Source: Candidatus Poriferihabitaceae bacterium
GTDB lineage: Bacteria > Pseudomonadota > Gammaproteobacteria > Arenicellales > Poriferihabitantaceae
Length of the DNA stretch: 64,000 bases
Direction: 5' to 3'
Assembly: GCA_965214205.1 (NCBI GenBank)
Contig: OZ243941.1
Coordinates: forward strand, 1,132,515-1,196,514
The translations under genes were made by a program, and so were the position numbers. The notes beneath the pieces are model-generated. The model was given only the letters and a program-made list of their open reading frames with translations, was not told the origin of the DNA and made no database searches. Of the stretch, positions 9,400-19,847 are shown in pieces (position 1 is the stretch's first letter; each line of letters opens with the position of its first letter).

Positions 9400-10002
9400 A
9401 TGAAGAAAATCCTGATTCTGTACTATAGTCGTCATGGCGCTACCGCGGAGTTGGCGAGGTGCGCGGGGCAGGGCGTGGAAAGTCTCGACCAGTGCGAAGC
9501 GGTGATGCGAACCGTGCCAGCGGTATCCACGGTCTGTGAAGCGACCGAAGAGGCCATTCACCCGACCGGGGATGTCTATGCGTCAACCGATGACCTGGAA
9601 AGCTGCGCGGGGCTGATACTCGGCAGCCCCACCCGCTTTGGCGCTATCGCATCGCCATTGAAGTATTTTTTTGACCAGACTGTCCCGCAATGGCTGAACG
9701 GCGCCCTCAGGGATAAACCCGCCGCCGTATTTACCTCTTCCGCCAGCGCGCATGGCGGTCAGGAAAGTACCCTGCTATCCATGATGCTGCCCCTGATTCA
9801 TCATGGCATGATCATCACAGGGCTGCCCTATAGCGGCACCCGACTTGCCCAGACACAGACCGGCGGCAGTCCTTACGGCGCAAGCCATATTGCGGGTCCG
9901 AATGGCGTTCTGCCTGTCTCCGACGATGAAAAAGAGTTTTCGGAAATGCTCGGGCGCCGGGTAGCCGGTCTCGCCGTCGCCCTGGATGGCAGGACGCTGT
10001 AG
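9400..10002 (+). CDS. wrbA: NAD(P)H:quinone oxidoreductase WrbA (flavodoxin-like)
   Basis: 200 aa with ILILYYSRHGAT...GSPTRFG...GGQESTLLSM...GGSPYGASHIAG, collinear with E. coli WrbA. Confidence 0.85.
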   Translation: MKKILILYYSRHGATAELARCAGQGVESLDQCEAVMRTVPAVSTVCEATEEAIHPTGDVYASTDDLESCAGLILGSPTRFGAIASPLKYFFDQTVPQWLNGALRDKPAAVFTSSASAHGGQESTLLSMMLPLIHHGMIITGLPYSGTRLAQTQTGGSPYGASHIAGPNGVLPVSDDEKEFSEMLGRRVAGLAVALDGRTL

Positions 10003-10035
10003 CGGCGAACCCTGGTCAGAACTCCGGTCAGGTTG

Positions 10036-10734
10036 TCACAGTAACGTTTTCAGGAAAGGGACGGTAATCTTGCGCTGATCCCGCAGTGAGGCGCTGTCGA
10101 TTTTGTCGAGCAAGGCAAACAGCGACCCGGTATCGCGCCTGCAACGGGACATGATGAACGCGGTCACTTTTTCATCCAGATCAAACCCCCGTGTCAGCGC
10201 CTGATGCCGCAACGCCTGCTGTTTCCCGGTTTCATCCAGAGGGCGGAGATGATAAACCCCGCCGCTGGCCAGACGGGATTCCAGATCTTTCAGTTCCAGA
10301 TTGATTTTGCCGGGCGGCGCCGAACCGCTGACGATCAGTGTCCCGGAATTCTGTATCACGCTCTCGTACAGCGACAGAACCTTCACCTGCATATCGTTCA
10401 GGCCGGTAATCGTTCCAATATCATCAATGCAAAGGATGGTGTTTGCGGCAACCGGGATCAACCTATCCAGTTCGCTCTCGTCCCGCCCGGTCAGGGAGAC
10501 GTAAATCCCGGACTTCGACCGCTTTTTAGCGCTCACGCAGCAGGCGTTGAGCAAGTGGGTTTTGCCACTGCCCGATTCTCCCCACAGATAGATGATCGGC
10601 CGGGTTTGAACCCCCGGAACCCCCGACAGCAGGCTATCCAGTTCCCGGACCAGTACCTCATTGCCTCTCTCGTAAAAACTTTCAAGAGCGGTATCGCCGA
10701 CGGTATCAGCCGGTATCAGTGTCTGTTTGCTCAT
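10036..10734 (-). CDS. hda: DnaA regulatory inactivator Hda
   Basis: 232 aa, a DnaA domain-III-like AAA+ protein (LWGESGSGKTHLL, box VII-like RLASG). Has the typical Hda size and a 4-bp overlap with the upstream gene. Confidence 0.85.
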   Translation of the reverse strand: MSKQTLIPADTVGDTALESFYERGNEVLVRELDSLLSGVPGVQTRPIIYLWGESGSGKTHLLNACCVSAKKRSKSGIYVSLTGRDESELDRLIPVAANTILCIDDIGTITGLNDMQVKVLSLYESVIQNSGTLIVSGSAPPGKINLELKDLESRLASGGVYHLRPLDETGKQQALRHQALTRGFDLDEKVTAFIMSRCRRDTGSLFALLDKIDSASLRDQRKITVPFLKTLL

Positions 10735-11261
10735 TTTTCAGTCCGGTCGGCAAATTCCTGTCGAATTCCCCACAGCCATACATACTGGGCCCCGCTGACC
10801 ACCGTCGAAATCAGCACTCCGAATATAAGCGCGTCAATCACCATCGGCACAGCAAGAATGGCCGACTTCGCCAGCAATACGGCGACCATCAGTGAAATTT
10901 GCAGAAACGTGTTGACCTTGCTTGACCAGGTGGGCCGGACCGATACGGTTTGCACCATCACCGCAATAATCAGATAGCCAACCACGATAACCAGGTCCCG
11001 GAACATCACCAGCACCACCAGCCAGAAAGGAATGTCACCCAGTATCGCCAGCATGACATAGGTACTGCCGATCAACAGTTTGTCCGCCATCGGGTCAAGC
11101 ACCTTGCCCAGGCTTGAGACGCAATTGAACTGTTTGGCGATATATCCATCGAGGCCATCCGTGACGCCGGCGGCGATGAACAGGTACAGCGCCAGATCAT
11201 AGTTATGTTCATACAGCAACAGCACCAGTATCGGGCAGGACGCGATTCGGGCCAGGGTCAA
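10731..11261 (-). CDS. CDP-alcohol phosphatidyltransferase (PgsA-like)
   Basis: Carries the motif DGLDGYIAKQFNCVSSLGKVLDPMADK (D-G-x2-A-R/K...G-x3-D-x3-D) and multiple TM segments. The coordinates use the first canonical start (TTG), but the true start is probably upstream (see finding). Confidence 0.8.
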   Translation of the reverse strand: MTLARIASCPILVLLLYEHNYDLALYLFIAAGVTDGLDGYIAKQFNCVSSLGKVLDPMADKLLIGSTYVMLAILGDIPFWLVVLVMFRDLVIVVGYLIIAVMVQTVSVRPTWSSKVNTFLQISLMVAVLLAKSAILAVPMVIDALIFGVLISTVVSGAQYVWLWGIRQEFADRTEK

Positions 11262-11487
11262 CAGATTGGGGACGAGCGAGAGCAGATTATGTACCTCAGG
11301 GTTGTGTCAGGAGTCAAAAAACAACTTCGGCTAACCTATCACTGCATCGGTCGATTTTCAAACATTTACAGAATAACTTTCGGTTTGAGCGCATCAGGCT
11401 GAATCAGTCATTGGATATACTTCATACCAGATTCAGGTTTGATCAGGCATAATCGGGACTGGATTCCCATTTACCCGAAATTGCCTG

Positions 11488-12537
11488 ATGCCGCTGGAAA
11501 AAAGTTCGAAAACTGCCCTGAGTTATAGTCAAAGCGGGGTCGATATAGACGCGGGAAACACTCTGGTTGATCGGATCAAGCCTGTGGTCCGGGAAACATT
11601 CCGTCCAGGCGTTCTTCAGGGGCCGGGCGGGTTTGGCGCATTGTTTGAATTGCCCGCAGGCCGATACCAGTCTCCGGTGCTGGTCTCCGGCACAGATGGC
11701 GTCGGCACCAAGCTGAAGCTGGCCGGCATGATGAATCGTCATCACACAATCGGGATCGACCTGGTTGCGATGTGTGTCAACGACATCATCGTCTGTGGCG
11801 CTGAACCCCTGTATTTTCTGGACTATTTCGCCACCGGAAAGCTCAATGTGGATCAGGCGGAAACCATCATCCACGGCATTGCCGAGGGGTGCGTCCGCGC
11901 GGGTTGCGCCCTGGTCGGCGGGGAGACGGCGGAAATGCCGGGGATTTACGCTGCCGGGGATTACGACCTGGCCGGTTTCGTGGTCGGCGTTGTAGAAAAA
12001 AATGACATGATCACGCCTCAGCGGGTCTGTGCGGGAGATACGATCATCGGTCTGGGTTCTTCGGGACCCCATTCCAACGGTTATTCCCTGATCCGGAAAA
12101 TTATCGAAGTCACCGGCAGCGATCTCAGCCAGGAATTTGAAGGGACCACACTGGGTGAGGCCCTGCTCACTCCCACCCGGATTTATGTCAAAACGATTCT
12201 CGCCTTGCTTGAATCAGTCGAGATCACAGCTATCGCCCATATCACCGGCGGAGGATTGCCTGAAAATTTGCCGAGAGTTCTGCCGTCGGGCGTCAGCGCC
12301 CGGATTTCCCGATCATCGTGGACAATGCCTCCTGTTTTCAAATGGTTGCAGGAAGGCGGGCGGGTTGAGCAGGCTGAAATGCTGCGCACGTTCAATTGCG
12401 GGCTCGGCATGGTGGTTTGCGTCCATTCACGGGACGCGGATACCGCGGCCACCCGGCTTGAGGAGTTGGGGGAGACTGTCTTTATCCTGGGTGAGATTGT
12501 CGAATCCGACCGGGCCGGAGTGATCCTGGTCGATTAA
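11488..12537 (+). CDS. purM: Phosphoribosylformylglycinamidine cyclo-ligase (AIR synthetase)
   Basis: 349 aa with [13 protein letters not shown]...[14 protein letters not shown]... and full-length PurM similarity. Confidence 0.95.
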   Translation: MPLEKSSKTALSYSQSGVDIDAGNTLVDRIKPVVRETFRPGVLQGPGGFGALFELPAGRYQSPVLVSGTDGVGTKLKLAGMMNRHHTIGIDLVAMCVNDIIVCGAEPLYFLDYFATGKLNVDQAETIIHGIAEGCVRAGCALVGGETAEMPGIYAAGDYDLAGFVVGVVEKNDMITPQRVCAGDTIIGLGSSGPHSNGYSLIRKIIEVTGSDLSQEFEGTTLGEALLTPTRIYVKTILALLESVEITAIAHITGGGLPENLPRVLPSGVSARISRSSWTMPPVFKWLQEGGRVEQAEMLRTFNCGLGMVVCVHSRDADTAATRLEELGETVFILGEIVESDRAGVILVD

Positions 12538-12546
12538 CGCTGTGTC

Positions 12547-13158
12547 ATGCCTGCTCAAACTTTCAAACTGGTGGTCCTGATTTCCGGCAACGGCTCCAAC
12601 CTGCAATCCATTATTGATCATATCCAGGCCGGAACTCTGGATGCCGGAATCATGGCGGTGATCAGTAACCGGGCGGACGCGTTCGGTCTTCACCGGGCCA
12701 GGTCCGCGGGTATCGAGGCGCTCACGATGGAGCCCGGAGATTATTCATCCGCGTGTGATTTTGACCAGGCCCTGGCGAAGACTGTGTCGCGCTATCAACC
12801 CGACCTGATCGCGCTGGCCGGGTATATGCGGATACTGGACGCGGCTTTCGTCGACCGGTTCGAGGGGAAAATCGTAAACATTCATCCTTCACTTCTGCCC
12901 AAATACAAGGGGCTGAATACCCATCAACGCGTCATTGACGCGGGCGATGCGGAACATGGGGCCAGTGTTCATTATGTGACTCATGAACTGGACGACGGGC
13001 CGATCATTATCCAGCGGCGAGTGGAAATTTCACCTCAGGATACCGCCGCCACCCTGCAACAGAAAGTGCATCAGGCAGAACACCGGATTTATCCGATTGC
13101 GATTCAGCGAATCGTGACCGGGGAAGTTAATTTCAATCGGATAAAATCGGAATCATGA
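12547..13158 (+). CDS. purN: Phosphoribosylglycinamide formyltransferase
   Basis: 203 aa with LISGNGSNLQSIID...NIHPSLLPKYKGLNTHQR...HYVTHELDDGPII. Confidence 0.95.
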   Translation: MPAQTFKLVVLISGNGSNLQSIIDHIQAGTLDAGIMAVISNRADAFGLHRARSAGIEALTMEPGDYSSACDFDQALAKTVSRYQPDLIALAGYMRILDAAFVDRFEGKIVNIHPSLLPKYKGLNTHQRVIDAGDAEHGASVHYVTHELDDGPIIIQRRVEISPQDTAATLQQKVHQAEHRIYPIAIQRIVTGEVNFNRIKSES

Positions 13159-13874
13159 TCAGACTATTCACGTCGGCCCGGTTCTCAACCGTGATTTCCC
13201 TGGCTGGCATGCTCTTGTTGTGCGGTACAACGCTGTCCTTTGCCGGAACGCTGGACCCCCGGACACTACTGCGATACTCGGTGGCGGAAGGAAGTATGAC
13301 TGTCGGGGAACTGGAGGTGACTCTGGAGCGCGATGACAGGCAGATAAAATCGACCGTCATCGCCCACCTGGACGGGCTGGCAAAATTGCTTCTGGGAGAA
13401 TTTACCGCTGAAACCTGGTTTCATCTGGACGGCGGTCGCGCGATATTGGATCGGGGCCTGCGCAGGAAAGGGAAGGGCGATCCGGGGTCGGGTTTCATGG
13501 TCGATTACGTCACCAAAATAGTGAAACTCGATAATGGAACCAGTTATCCCATTCTGCCCGGCGAGCTGCTGGATTCAACCGAGTTCCCCGTTGCCCTGAT
13601 CACTGCCGATCTCGCATCCGTGACCGGGAAAGTCGTATGGGAGGTCAATGCCCGAAGGGCGAGGCGCTATCTCTATCATGCGCCGAAACCCGAAATGCTC
13701 GAGCTTGATGGCAGAGTGTATAATACCTGGAAAGTGACCCGAAACAAGATTGGAGACACTCACAGAACGGTCACGTTCTGGCTGGATCCGAACAGGCAGA
13801 ATATTCCGTTGAAAATCGTAACCGTCAGAAAGGACAGGAAGACGACCCTGAGCCTGCGTGACCACTTCCTCTAG
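13155..13874 (+). CDS. Secreted DUF3108-like protein
   Basis: 239 aa with an N-terminal signal peptide and beta-rich composition. Translationally coupled to purN (ATGA overlap), a position where DUF3108 proteins are commonly found. The family call is from memory, not a search. Confidence 0.5.
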   Translation: MIRLFTSARFSTVISLAGMLLLCGTTLSFAGTLDPRTLLRYSVAEGSMTVGELEVTLERDDRQIKSTVIAHLDGLAKLLLGEFTAETWFHLDGGRAILDRGLRRKGKGDPGSGFMVDYVTKIVKLDNGTSYPILPGELLDSTEFPVALITADLASVTGKVVWEVNARRARRYLYHAPKPEMLELDGRVYNTWKVTRNKIGDTHRTVTFWLDPNRQNIPLKIVTVRKDRKTTLSLRDHFL

Positions 13875-13892
13875 CGGGGCGTCGGTGTAGCA

Positions 13893-14843
13893 ATGACCCA
13901 GGCGCTCAGTATTTCAAATCTGAGGAAAGTCTACGATAACGGCCATGTTGCCCTGAACGGCATCAATCTGGCTGTCGATCAGGGTGACTTTTTCGGATTG
14001 ATTGGCAAAAACGGCGCTGGCAAGTCAACCACGATCGGCATTATCTCTTCATTGATCAACAAGACCTCTGGTTCGGTCCGGATATTTGACATCGACATTG
14101 ACGAGGATTTCGATCTGGCCAAATCCCGCATCGGCATTGTGCCCCAGGAGATCAACTTCAACATCTTCGAGACTCCTATGCAGATTGTGACGAATCAGGC
14201 GGGATACCATGGCATTCGCCGCAGACTGGCCAGTCAACGAGCGAAACATTATCTGGATATGCTGGGCCTTGGCGACAAAATGGATACGCCTGCCAGGAAG
14301 CTGTCCGGAGGCATGAAACGGAGGCTGATGATTGCGCGCGCTCTGGTGAATAAACCCTGGTTGTTGATTCTGGATGAGCCGACCGCGGGCGTGGACATTG
14401 AGATCAGGCGATTGATGTGGGAATTTCTGGCGGAAATCAATGAGAAAGGGACCACCATCATATTGACGACCCACTATCTGGAAGAAGCGGAAAGCCTCTG
14501 CCGGAATATCGCGATCATAGAACGCGGCGAGCTGATGGAAAACACGGATACCAAAAGCCTGTTGTCCCAGTTGCGGCAGGATACCTACGTGCTGGATCTG
14601 GCGTCACCGCTGACTCGACTGCCCGAATCGCTGGCTGATTCGTCTGATCAGACCTGGAAGTTAAGGAATGCGATGACTCTGGAAATCATGGTGTCGAAGA
14701 CCCAGGGTATGAATGCCGCCTTTGACCTGCTCTCAAAACATCAGATCCAGGTCGCGAGCATGCGTAACAAGACCAACAGGCTGGAGCAATTGTTCATGGA
14801 AATCACGGCCGAGAGCCCATCAGGCGATAGAGGGAAACCATGA
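13893..14843 (+). CDS. ABC transporter ATP-binding protein (ABC-2/YadG-like)
   Basis: 316 aa with Walker A GKNGAGKST, signature LSGGMKRR and Walker B LLILDEPT. Confidence 0.9.
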   Translation: MTQALSISNLRKVYDNGHVALNGINLAVDQGDFFGLIGKNGAGKSTTIGIISSLINKTSGSVRIFDIDIDEDFDLAKSRIGIVPQEINFNIFETPMQIVTNQAGYHGIRRRLASQRAKHYLDMLGLGDKMDTPARKLSGGMKRRLMIARALVNKPWLLILDEPTAGVDIEIRRLMWEFLAEINEKGTTIILTTHYLEEAESLCRNIAIIERGELMENTDTKSLLSQLRQDTYVLDLASPLTRLPESLADSSDQTWKLRNAMTLEIMVSKTQGMNAAFDLLSKHQIQVASMRNKTNRLEQLFMEITAESPSGDRGKP

Positions 14844-15613
14844 ACCGGGAGCGAAACTGGGTCGCATTCATCACCATACTGAGCAAGGAGGTTACCCGCT
14901 TCATGCGGATCTGGCAGCAAACCGTTTTTCCTCCTGTCATTACGACCACATTGTACTTTATTATTTTCGGCAATCTGATTGGCCCCCGGATCGGCGAGAT
15001 GGCCGGGCATTCCTACATGGAGTTCATCGTGCCCGGATTGATCCTGATGTCGGTCATCAACAATTCTTACGCCAATGTTTCCTCTTCATTTTTCGGCGCG
15101 AAGTTTCAGCGTTCCATCGAGGAATTACAGGTCTCTCCCGTTCCCAACAGCATTGTGTTGCTCGGATATGTGGGCGGAGGCGTTTTGCGCGGGCTGCTGG
15201 TCGGTGTCGTGGTCACGCTGGTGTCCCTCTTTTTCAGCGACCTTTCGATTCACAGTTTTCCGGTCGCCGCCAGCATTATCCTGCTTACGGCGCTGTTGTT
15301 CTCGCTGGCCGGGTTTCTGAATGGCATGTTCGCCACCAAATTTGACGATGTGACCATTATCCCCAATTTCATATTGACCCCGCTAACCTATCTGGGAGGC
15401 GTTTTTTATTCGATCAAGCTGTTGCCTGAACTCTGGCAGTGGGTTTCCCATGCTAATCCGATTCTCTATATGATCAGTGGCTTCCGGTTCGGTTTCCTGG
15501 GTACGGCCGATATAGACCTGGCTGTTTCGTTTGTGCTTATATCCCTGTTTTGCGTGATTCTTTTCGTGGTCAATCTCAGGTTGCTTGACCGTGGGTTCAA
15601 TCTCCGGCAATAA
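14840..15613 (+). CDS. ABC-2 type transporter permease (YadH-like)
   Basis: 257 aa with six hydrophobic segments. Has a 4-bp overlap with the ATPase gene. Confidence 0.85.
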   Translation: MNRERNWVAFITILSKEVTRFMRIWQQTVFPPVITTTLYFIIFGNLIGPRIGEMAGHSYMEFIVPGLILMSVINNSYANVSSSFFGAKFQRSIEELQVSPVPNSIVLLGYVGGGVLRGLLVGVVVTLVSLFFSDLSIHSFPVAASIILLTALLFSLAGFLNGMFATKFDDVTIIPNFILTPLTYLGGVFYSIKLLPELWQWVSHANPILYMISGFRFGFLGTADIDLAVSFVLISLFCVILFVVNLRLLDRGFNLRQ

Positions 15614-15674
15614 ACCCGGAACGTCCGGGCGCGGTCAGGCCGGTTTCCGCCGCCGCCCGCATCCAACTCGATGC

Positions 15675-17225
15675 TCAATCCGGTGACGACAATGACTCCG
15701 TCAGTTTCAGTCTTTGAATTTTTCCGGAGGGGCCTCTGGGTAGTTCGTCCCGTATGTAGATGATCTTGGGGCGCTTGATCTCTCCGAGCAATTCTCTGCA
15801 ATGTTCCACCAGCCGGGTCTGGCTGCATTGGGTGTCCGGCTTCAGCGTGACACAGGCCATGACCTCCTGACCGTAGTGCGGGTCGGGAACGCCGAAGGCG
15901 GCCGCTTCGAATACAGCCGGGTGCCGGTACAGAACATCATCAATTTCCCGCGGCGCGATATTTTCCCCACCGCGAATGATCAACTCCTTCAGCCTTCCGG
16001 TTACAAAGATGTAACCCCGCTCATCCCGGTATCCGAGGTCGCCGGTATGGAACCAGCCGTTTTCGTCCAGCGCCTCGCGGGTGGCTTCCGGGTTGTTGAA
16101 GTATCCTTTCATTACGTTGTCGCCGCGCACTACAATTTCTCCGATCACATTGTCGGCGCAGCCGTTCCGGTTTTCGTCGAAAATCGTGACCTCGTTTCCA
16201 ACCGGCAGCCCGGCAGACCCGTAAACCGTTTCCCTCCGGCGTATCGGGGTAGACAGGATTTGCGCGGCGCATTCGCTGATCCCCATGGTTTCGATGAGAG
16301 GAATATTGAACAGGGTTTCGAATTGCCGGTGGGTGGCCGGCGCCAGCGCCGCTGAGGCGGAACGGCCAAACCGCAGATGATCGCTGAACCCTTCAAGCCC
16401 GGTTCCCGCGTCGTCATGGCCGGTTGCCTGACTTTGCTGACGCTCGATCAGCCAGGAGACGATAGTGGGCACCACACTGAACCAGGTGCAGCGGTACTTC
16501 CCGATCCAGGACCAGAAATTGCGGGCGCTGAACTTTTTCGCCATGACCACCGTGCTGTTGCTGACCAGGGTGGACATGACCGATACCATTTCAGCGTTGA
16601 TGTGATAGAGCGGGAGTACGCATAACCCCTTGTCGCGGTCATCCAGTCCATGGGCGGTGACCGTATTACTGCCGCCCGCGATTACATTCCTGTGACTGAG
16701 CAGAACCCCCTTGGGCCGCCCGGTGGTTCCTGAAGTGTAGATCATCAGCGCGGTATCCTGGTCCGTGATCTCCGGTTGCTCGGCAACGCTCCCGTCCGCA
16801 ATGGTCAAATCCTGTTGCGCCCCGTCGTCCTCGCTCCACGCCAGACATTCGAAATCATGTCCCGCGCGGAAGCAATCGGCGTATTGGACCTTGTACGGGT
16901 CGGAACAAAACACCAGTTTCAACCGCGAATGAGCAATTACATAGCCCAACTGATCCTGGCCCGCGACCGCGTTCAGCGGCAACACGACACGTCCACTGTA
17001 CATTACGCCCAGAAACAGACAGGTCGTCCACAATCCGTTGTCCATCAGAAACGCCACCGTTTCGCCGGGCCCGATGCCCTTGTGTTCAAGCAGGCGGGCA
17101 ATCCATTGGCATTTTTCCTGTAATTCCAGATAACTCAGGCTGGCGCCGGTTTCCGCTACTTCAAGAAACGGCTTGTCCGGGTTTTCCAGGGCGCGGGAAT
17201 CAATGAGTTGCCGGACAGTCTGCAC
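15675..17225 (-). CDS. AMP-forming acyl-CoA synthetase/ligase (class I adenylate-forming)
   Basis: 516 aa with YTSGTTGRPKGV, GWFHTGDLGYRDERGYIFVTGRLKELI and a C-terminal PSGKIQR lysine. Confidence 0.85.
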   Translation of the reverse strand: MQTVRQLIDSRALENPDKPFLEVAETGASLSYLELQEKCQWIARLLEHKGIGPGETVAFLMDNGLWTTCLFLGVMYSGRVVLPLNAVAGQDQLGYVIAHSRLKLVFCSDPYKVQYADCFRAGHDFECLAWSEDDGAQQDLTIADGSVAEQPEITDQDTALMIYTSGTTGRPKGVLLSHRNVIAGGSNTVTAHGLDDRDKGLCVLPLYHINAEMVSVMSTLVSNSTVVMAKKFSARNFWSWIGKYRCTWFSVVPTIVSWLIERQQSQATGHDDAGTGLEGFSDHLRFGRSASAALAPATHRQFETLFNIPLIETMGISECAAQILSTPIRRRETVYGSAGLPVGNEVTIFDENRNGCADNVIGEIVVRGDNVMKGYFNNPEATREALDENGWFHTGDLGYRDERGYIFVTGRLKELIIRGGENIAPREIDDVLYRHPAVFEAAAFGVPDPHYGQEVMACVTLKPDTQCSQTRLVEHCRELLGEIKRPKIIYIRDELPRGPSGKIQRLKLTESLSSPD

Positions 17226-17246
17226 TGCGGGAATCCTGAAAACCGA

Positions 17247-18650
17247 TCAGGTCTGGCAAACCGGGCGGCATTGATAACGATCCCAATAGTCTGAAAACAG
17301 TTCCCGCTCCGATGGCTCACAGGGTTCGATCCGGTAGGACACGCGGGTTGTGTTGAGATAATGCCGGTAGTTCATGTTGTCGGAAATACTGTTTCCGCCC
17401 CAGCTTCCGCAACCCATTGACAGGGAAAAAGGCAGGCCATTGTCGAAACTGCCGCCCGTGGCATAGCAATGTATCTGGTTGACGATGACCCGGCATACCG
17501 GCATGTTCAACCCCATTGCAACCGGCCGATCGCTGGTGGTGGTATGAATAGATATCGAATGTCCCTTGCCCTGATAGTCCATGATTCCTTCGGCGATGGA
17601 ACAGGCATGATCGAAGTCCCTTGCGCGGTAAACCGACAACACGGGGGATAGTTTTTCCCCGGAAAATCTGGCGCCTGCGCCAAATTCGGCCTGTTCGACC
17701 ATCAGGATCCGCGCCTGGTCCGCCCCGGCTGCGCCGAGATCGCACAGGGCCGCTATTTCTGCGGCGGAACGGGCGATGATGTCTGGATTCAACTTGCCGT
17801 CCCGCCACATTACCGCTTCCAGATTCGACTTGTCATCCGCATTGAGCAGCGCCGCGCCATGCCGTTCGAGCGCCGCCAGCGCGGACTCATAAACCGGTTC
17901 CACCACGATCAGATTGTTCTCGGACGAGCAACTGGTCGCGTTATCGAAAGACTTCGAAATTACAATCTTCCCGGCCGCCTCGTCCACTTCCGCGGTTTCA
18001 TCAATAATGGACACGACGTTGCCGGCGCCGACCCCGATTGCCGGCGTGCCGCTGGAATAGGCGGCGCGCACATTGTTCTGCGAACCCGTGGCGACGACCA
18101 GGTCAACCGATGACATCAATTGCCGGGTGGCTTCCCGGTTTACCGGCGAGGGCAGTTTCTGTACCAGATCCAGCGGCGCGCCGACCCGCTGGAGTTCAGC
18201 CTGCATCAACTCAACCAGCCTGGCGCAGGTACGGTCGCCTTTGGGAGAGGGCGCCAGTATAATCGCGTTCCTGCCCTTGATCGCATTGATGGTTTTGTTG
18301 GCGGGAGTGGCGGCGGGGTTGGTCGAGGGCACAATAGCCCCGACCACTCCCACCGGTCGCGCAATTTCGACGATTCCCCGGTCCGGATATTCCGCGACAA
18401 TACCCACCGTTCTGGCGTGCCGCAGGTCCCTCAGCAGGCCAATCGTCTTGCGGCGATTCTTGACGATTTTATCCGCGACATTGCCCATCCCGGTATCGGC
18501 CACCGCCATTTCAGCGAGCAGCCGGTTATTGTCCGGATTGACGATGCTCCAGCCCAGCGCCGTGACTACCTCATCAACCCGATGCTGGTCGAAGGCGCTG
18601 TACTCCTTCTGGGCAGCCCGGGCGCGGGCCAGGACAGATTCAGTCGTCAA
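17247..18650 (-). CDS. CoA-acylating aldehyde dehydrogenase (EutE/PduP/SucD/AdhE-N-like subgroup of the ALDH superfamily)
   Basis: 467 aa with IVPSTNPAATP, GAGNV and the catalytic-Cys region FDNATSCSSENNLIV, typical of acylating ALDHs. Lies 21 nt upstream of the ligase gene. Confidence 0.8.
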   Translation of the reverse strand: MTTESVLARARAAQKEYSAFDQHRVDEVVTALGWSIVNPDNNRLLAEMAVADTGMGNVADKIVKNRRKTIGLLRDLRHARTVGIVAEYPDRGIVEIARPVGVVGAIVPSTNPAATPANKTINAIKGRNAIILAPSPKGDRTCARLVELMQAELQRVGAPLDLVQKLPSPVNREATRQLMSSVDLVVATGSQNNVRAAYSSGTPAIGVGAGNVVSIIDETAEVDEAAGKIVISKSFDNATSCSSENNLIVVEPVYESALAALERHGAALLNADDKSNLEAVMWRDGKLNPDIIARSAAEIAALCDLGAAGADQARILMVEQAEFGAGARFSGEKLSPVLSVYRARDFDHACSIAEGIMDYQGKGHSISIHTTTSDRPVAMGLNMPVCRVIVNQIHCYATGGSFDNGLPFSLSMGCGSWGGNSISDNMNYRHYLNTTRVSYRIEPCEPSERELFSDYWDRYQCRPVCQT

Positions 18651-18725
18651 GGCCGGTCAACCAGGAATCAGGCCACAGGCCACGGTTGATAATATCCGCC
18701 GCAACTTCGAGTATCCGTTTGCCGC

Positions 18726-19739
18726 TCAGTTTTCCTTCAGGGTAGCCAGCAATTCCGTCAGCGCCACCTGTCTTTCCTGCCACATGGCAAGCACCTCGTC
18801 ACGGTTCATGATTCGAACAGGTGAGTTGGTTTGCGCCATCTTGCCCAGGGTCTTCTTGTCACTGAACATTACCGGTACTTTCTCGGCCAGGAAGTCGATA
18901 ATCGCCTGGTCGGTGCCTTCAGGAACCATCAGCCCGCGGAAATTGACACTGGAATTATCCACATCTATGCCGAGTTCCATGAAGGTTGGTACATCGGGCA
19001 GGAATGCGTGCCGCTCCAGGTCTGCGACTGCCAGAATCTTGATGTCTCCAGCCGCCCGCGCAGAGTCGGAAAGGTTGTTGAATCCAGACATGACCTGACC
19101 GCCCTTGACCAGTTTCAGCGCATCCACACCGCCCTTGCCGGGTACATACTTCAAATCAGCGCCGGTCGCCTTGGCCAGTTGCAGATGAGCGATATGGTGA
19201 CCTACAAATTTACCGGCGCCACTGACCGTGAGTTTGCCGGGATTGGCTTTCGCGAATTCAACCAGTTGTTCAGCGGTATCGAACTGGCTGTCCTTGCCGA
19301 CGATCAGTACCGCGGGGTCGGCTCCCCAGTTGCCTACCGGTTCCAGGTTGTTGACATTGTATTTGGTGTCAAAGACGATGGATTGGGCGATAAAATGCGG
19401 AACGTTGTAAGCCGCCATCATATAACCATCGGCCGGGGCTTTTTCAGCAAACCAGTTCCAGCCTTTACGCCCGCCCGCTCCCGGTTTGTTGGTGACATAA
19501 ATCGGCTGGCCAATCGACAATGGAGCGCCGTCCTTCTCTTTCGCTGACGCAAGGGTGGCAATCCGGGCCTGAAAGTCAGTGGCGCCGCCGGGGCTGTAAG
19601 CCACCATCACACCAATCGGTCTTTCGGGATAGCCTTCGGCATGTGCGGTTGCCCCGCCAACCAGCAGCAGAGCCGCCGAAATGGCTGTGATAACGGCCTG
19701 AGCCGTCTTGCGGGTAAAGCCTTGCACACATATATTCAT
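18726..19739 (-). CDS. tctC: Tripartite tricarboxylate transporter substrate-binding protein (TctC/Bug family)
   Basis: Has a signal peptide and YPERPIGVMVAYSPGGATDFQAR. I set the start at MNICV (ATG 19739) because AGGAGG lies 6 nt upstream; the ORF-track start at 19754 would place that SD inside codons. Confidence 0.85.
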   Translation of the reverse strand: MNICVQGFTRKTAQAVITAISAALLLVGGATAHAEGYPERPIGVMVAYSPGGATDFQARIATLASAKEKDGAPLSIGQPIYVTNKPGAGGRKGWNWFAEKAPADGYMMAAYNVPHFIAQSIVFDTKYNVNNLEPVGNWGADPAVLIVGKDSQFDTAEQLVEFAKANPGKLTVSGAGKFVGHHIAHLQLAKATGADLKYVPGKGGVDALKLVKGGQVMSGFNNLSDSARAAGDIKILAVADLERHAFLPDVPTFMELGIDVDNSSVNFRGLMVPEGTDQAIIDFLAEKVPVMFSDKKTLGKMAQTNSPVRIMNRDEVLAMWQERQVALTELLATLKEN

Positions 19740-19847
19740 GTTTTCCTCCTTCAAAGGATAGTTAAATAAGAGATAGTAAAAATTTTAAGCGTATCGTACC
19801 AGGGGCGGTATATTACATTATTTGAACAACAAACAGGAACTGGCTGG

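Noticed and set aside
11355-11368. PurR-box-like sequence TTTTCAAACATTTA upstream of purM
   Set aside because: Only the AAAC.TTT core resembles the E. coli PurR operator (A.GCAAACGTTT.C.T). The flanking GC positions are missing, and PurR is restricted to a few gammaproteobacterial orders.
18073-19098. Long plus-strand ORFs antisense to the tct/ALDH operon (341 aa here; also 20251-21105, 284 aa; 10204-10977, 257 aa; 58516-59469, 317 aa; 60070-60858, 262 aa; 54117-54893, 258 aa)
   Set aside because: Each sits opposite a gene with strong family motifs. Their compositions are dominated by R, G, P, A and H, and none shows a recognisable domain.
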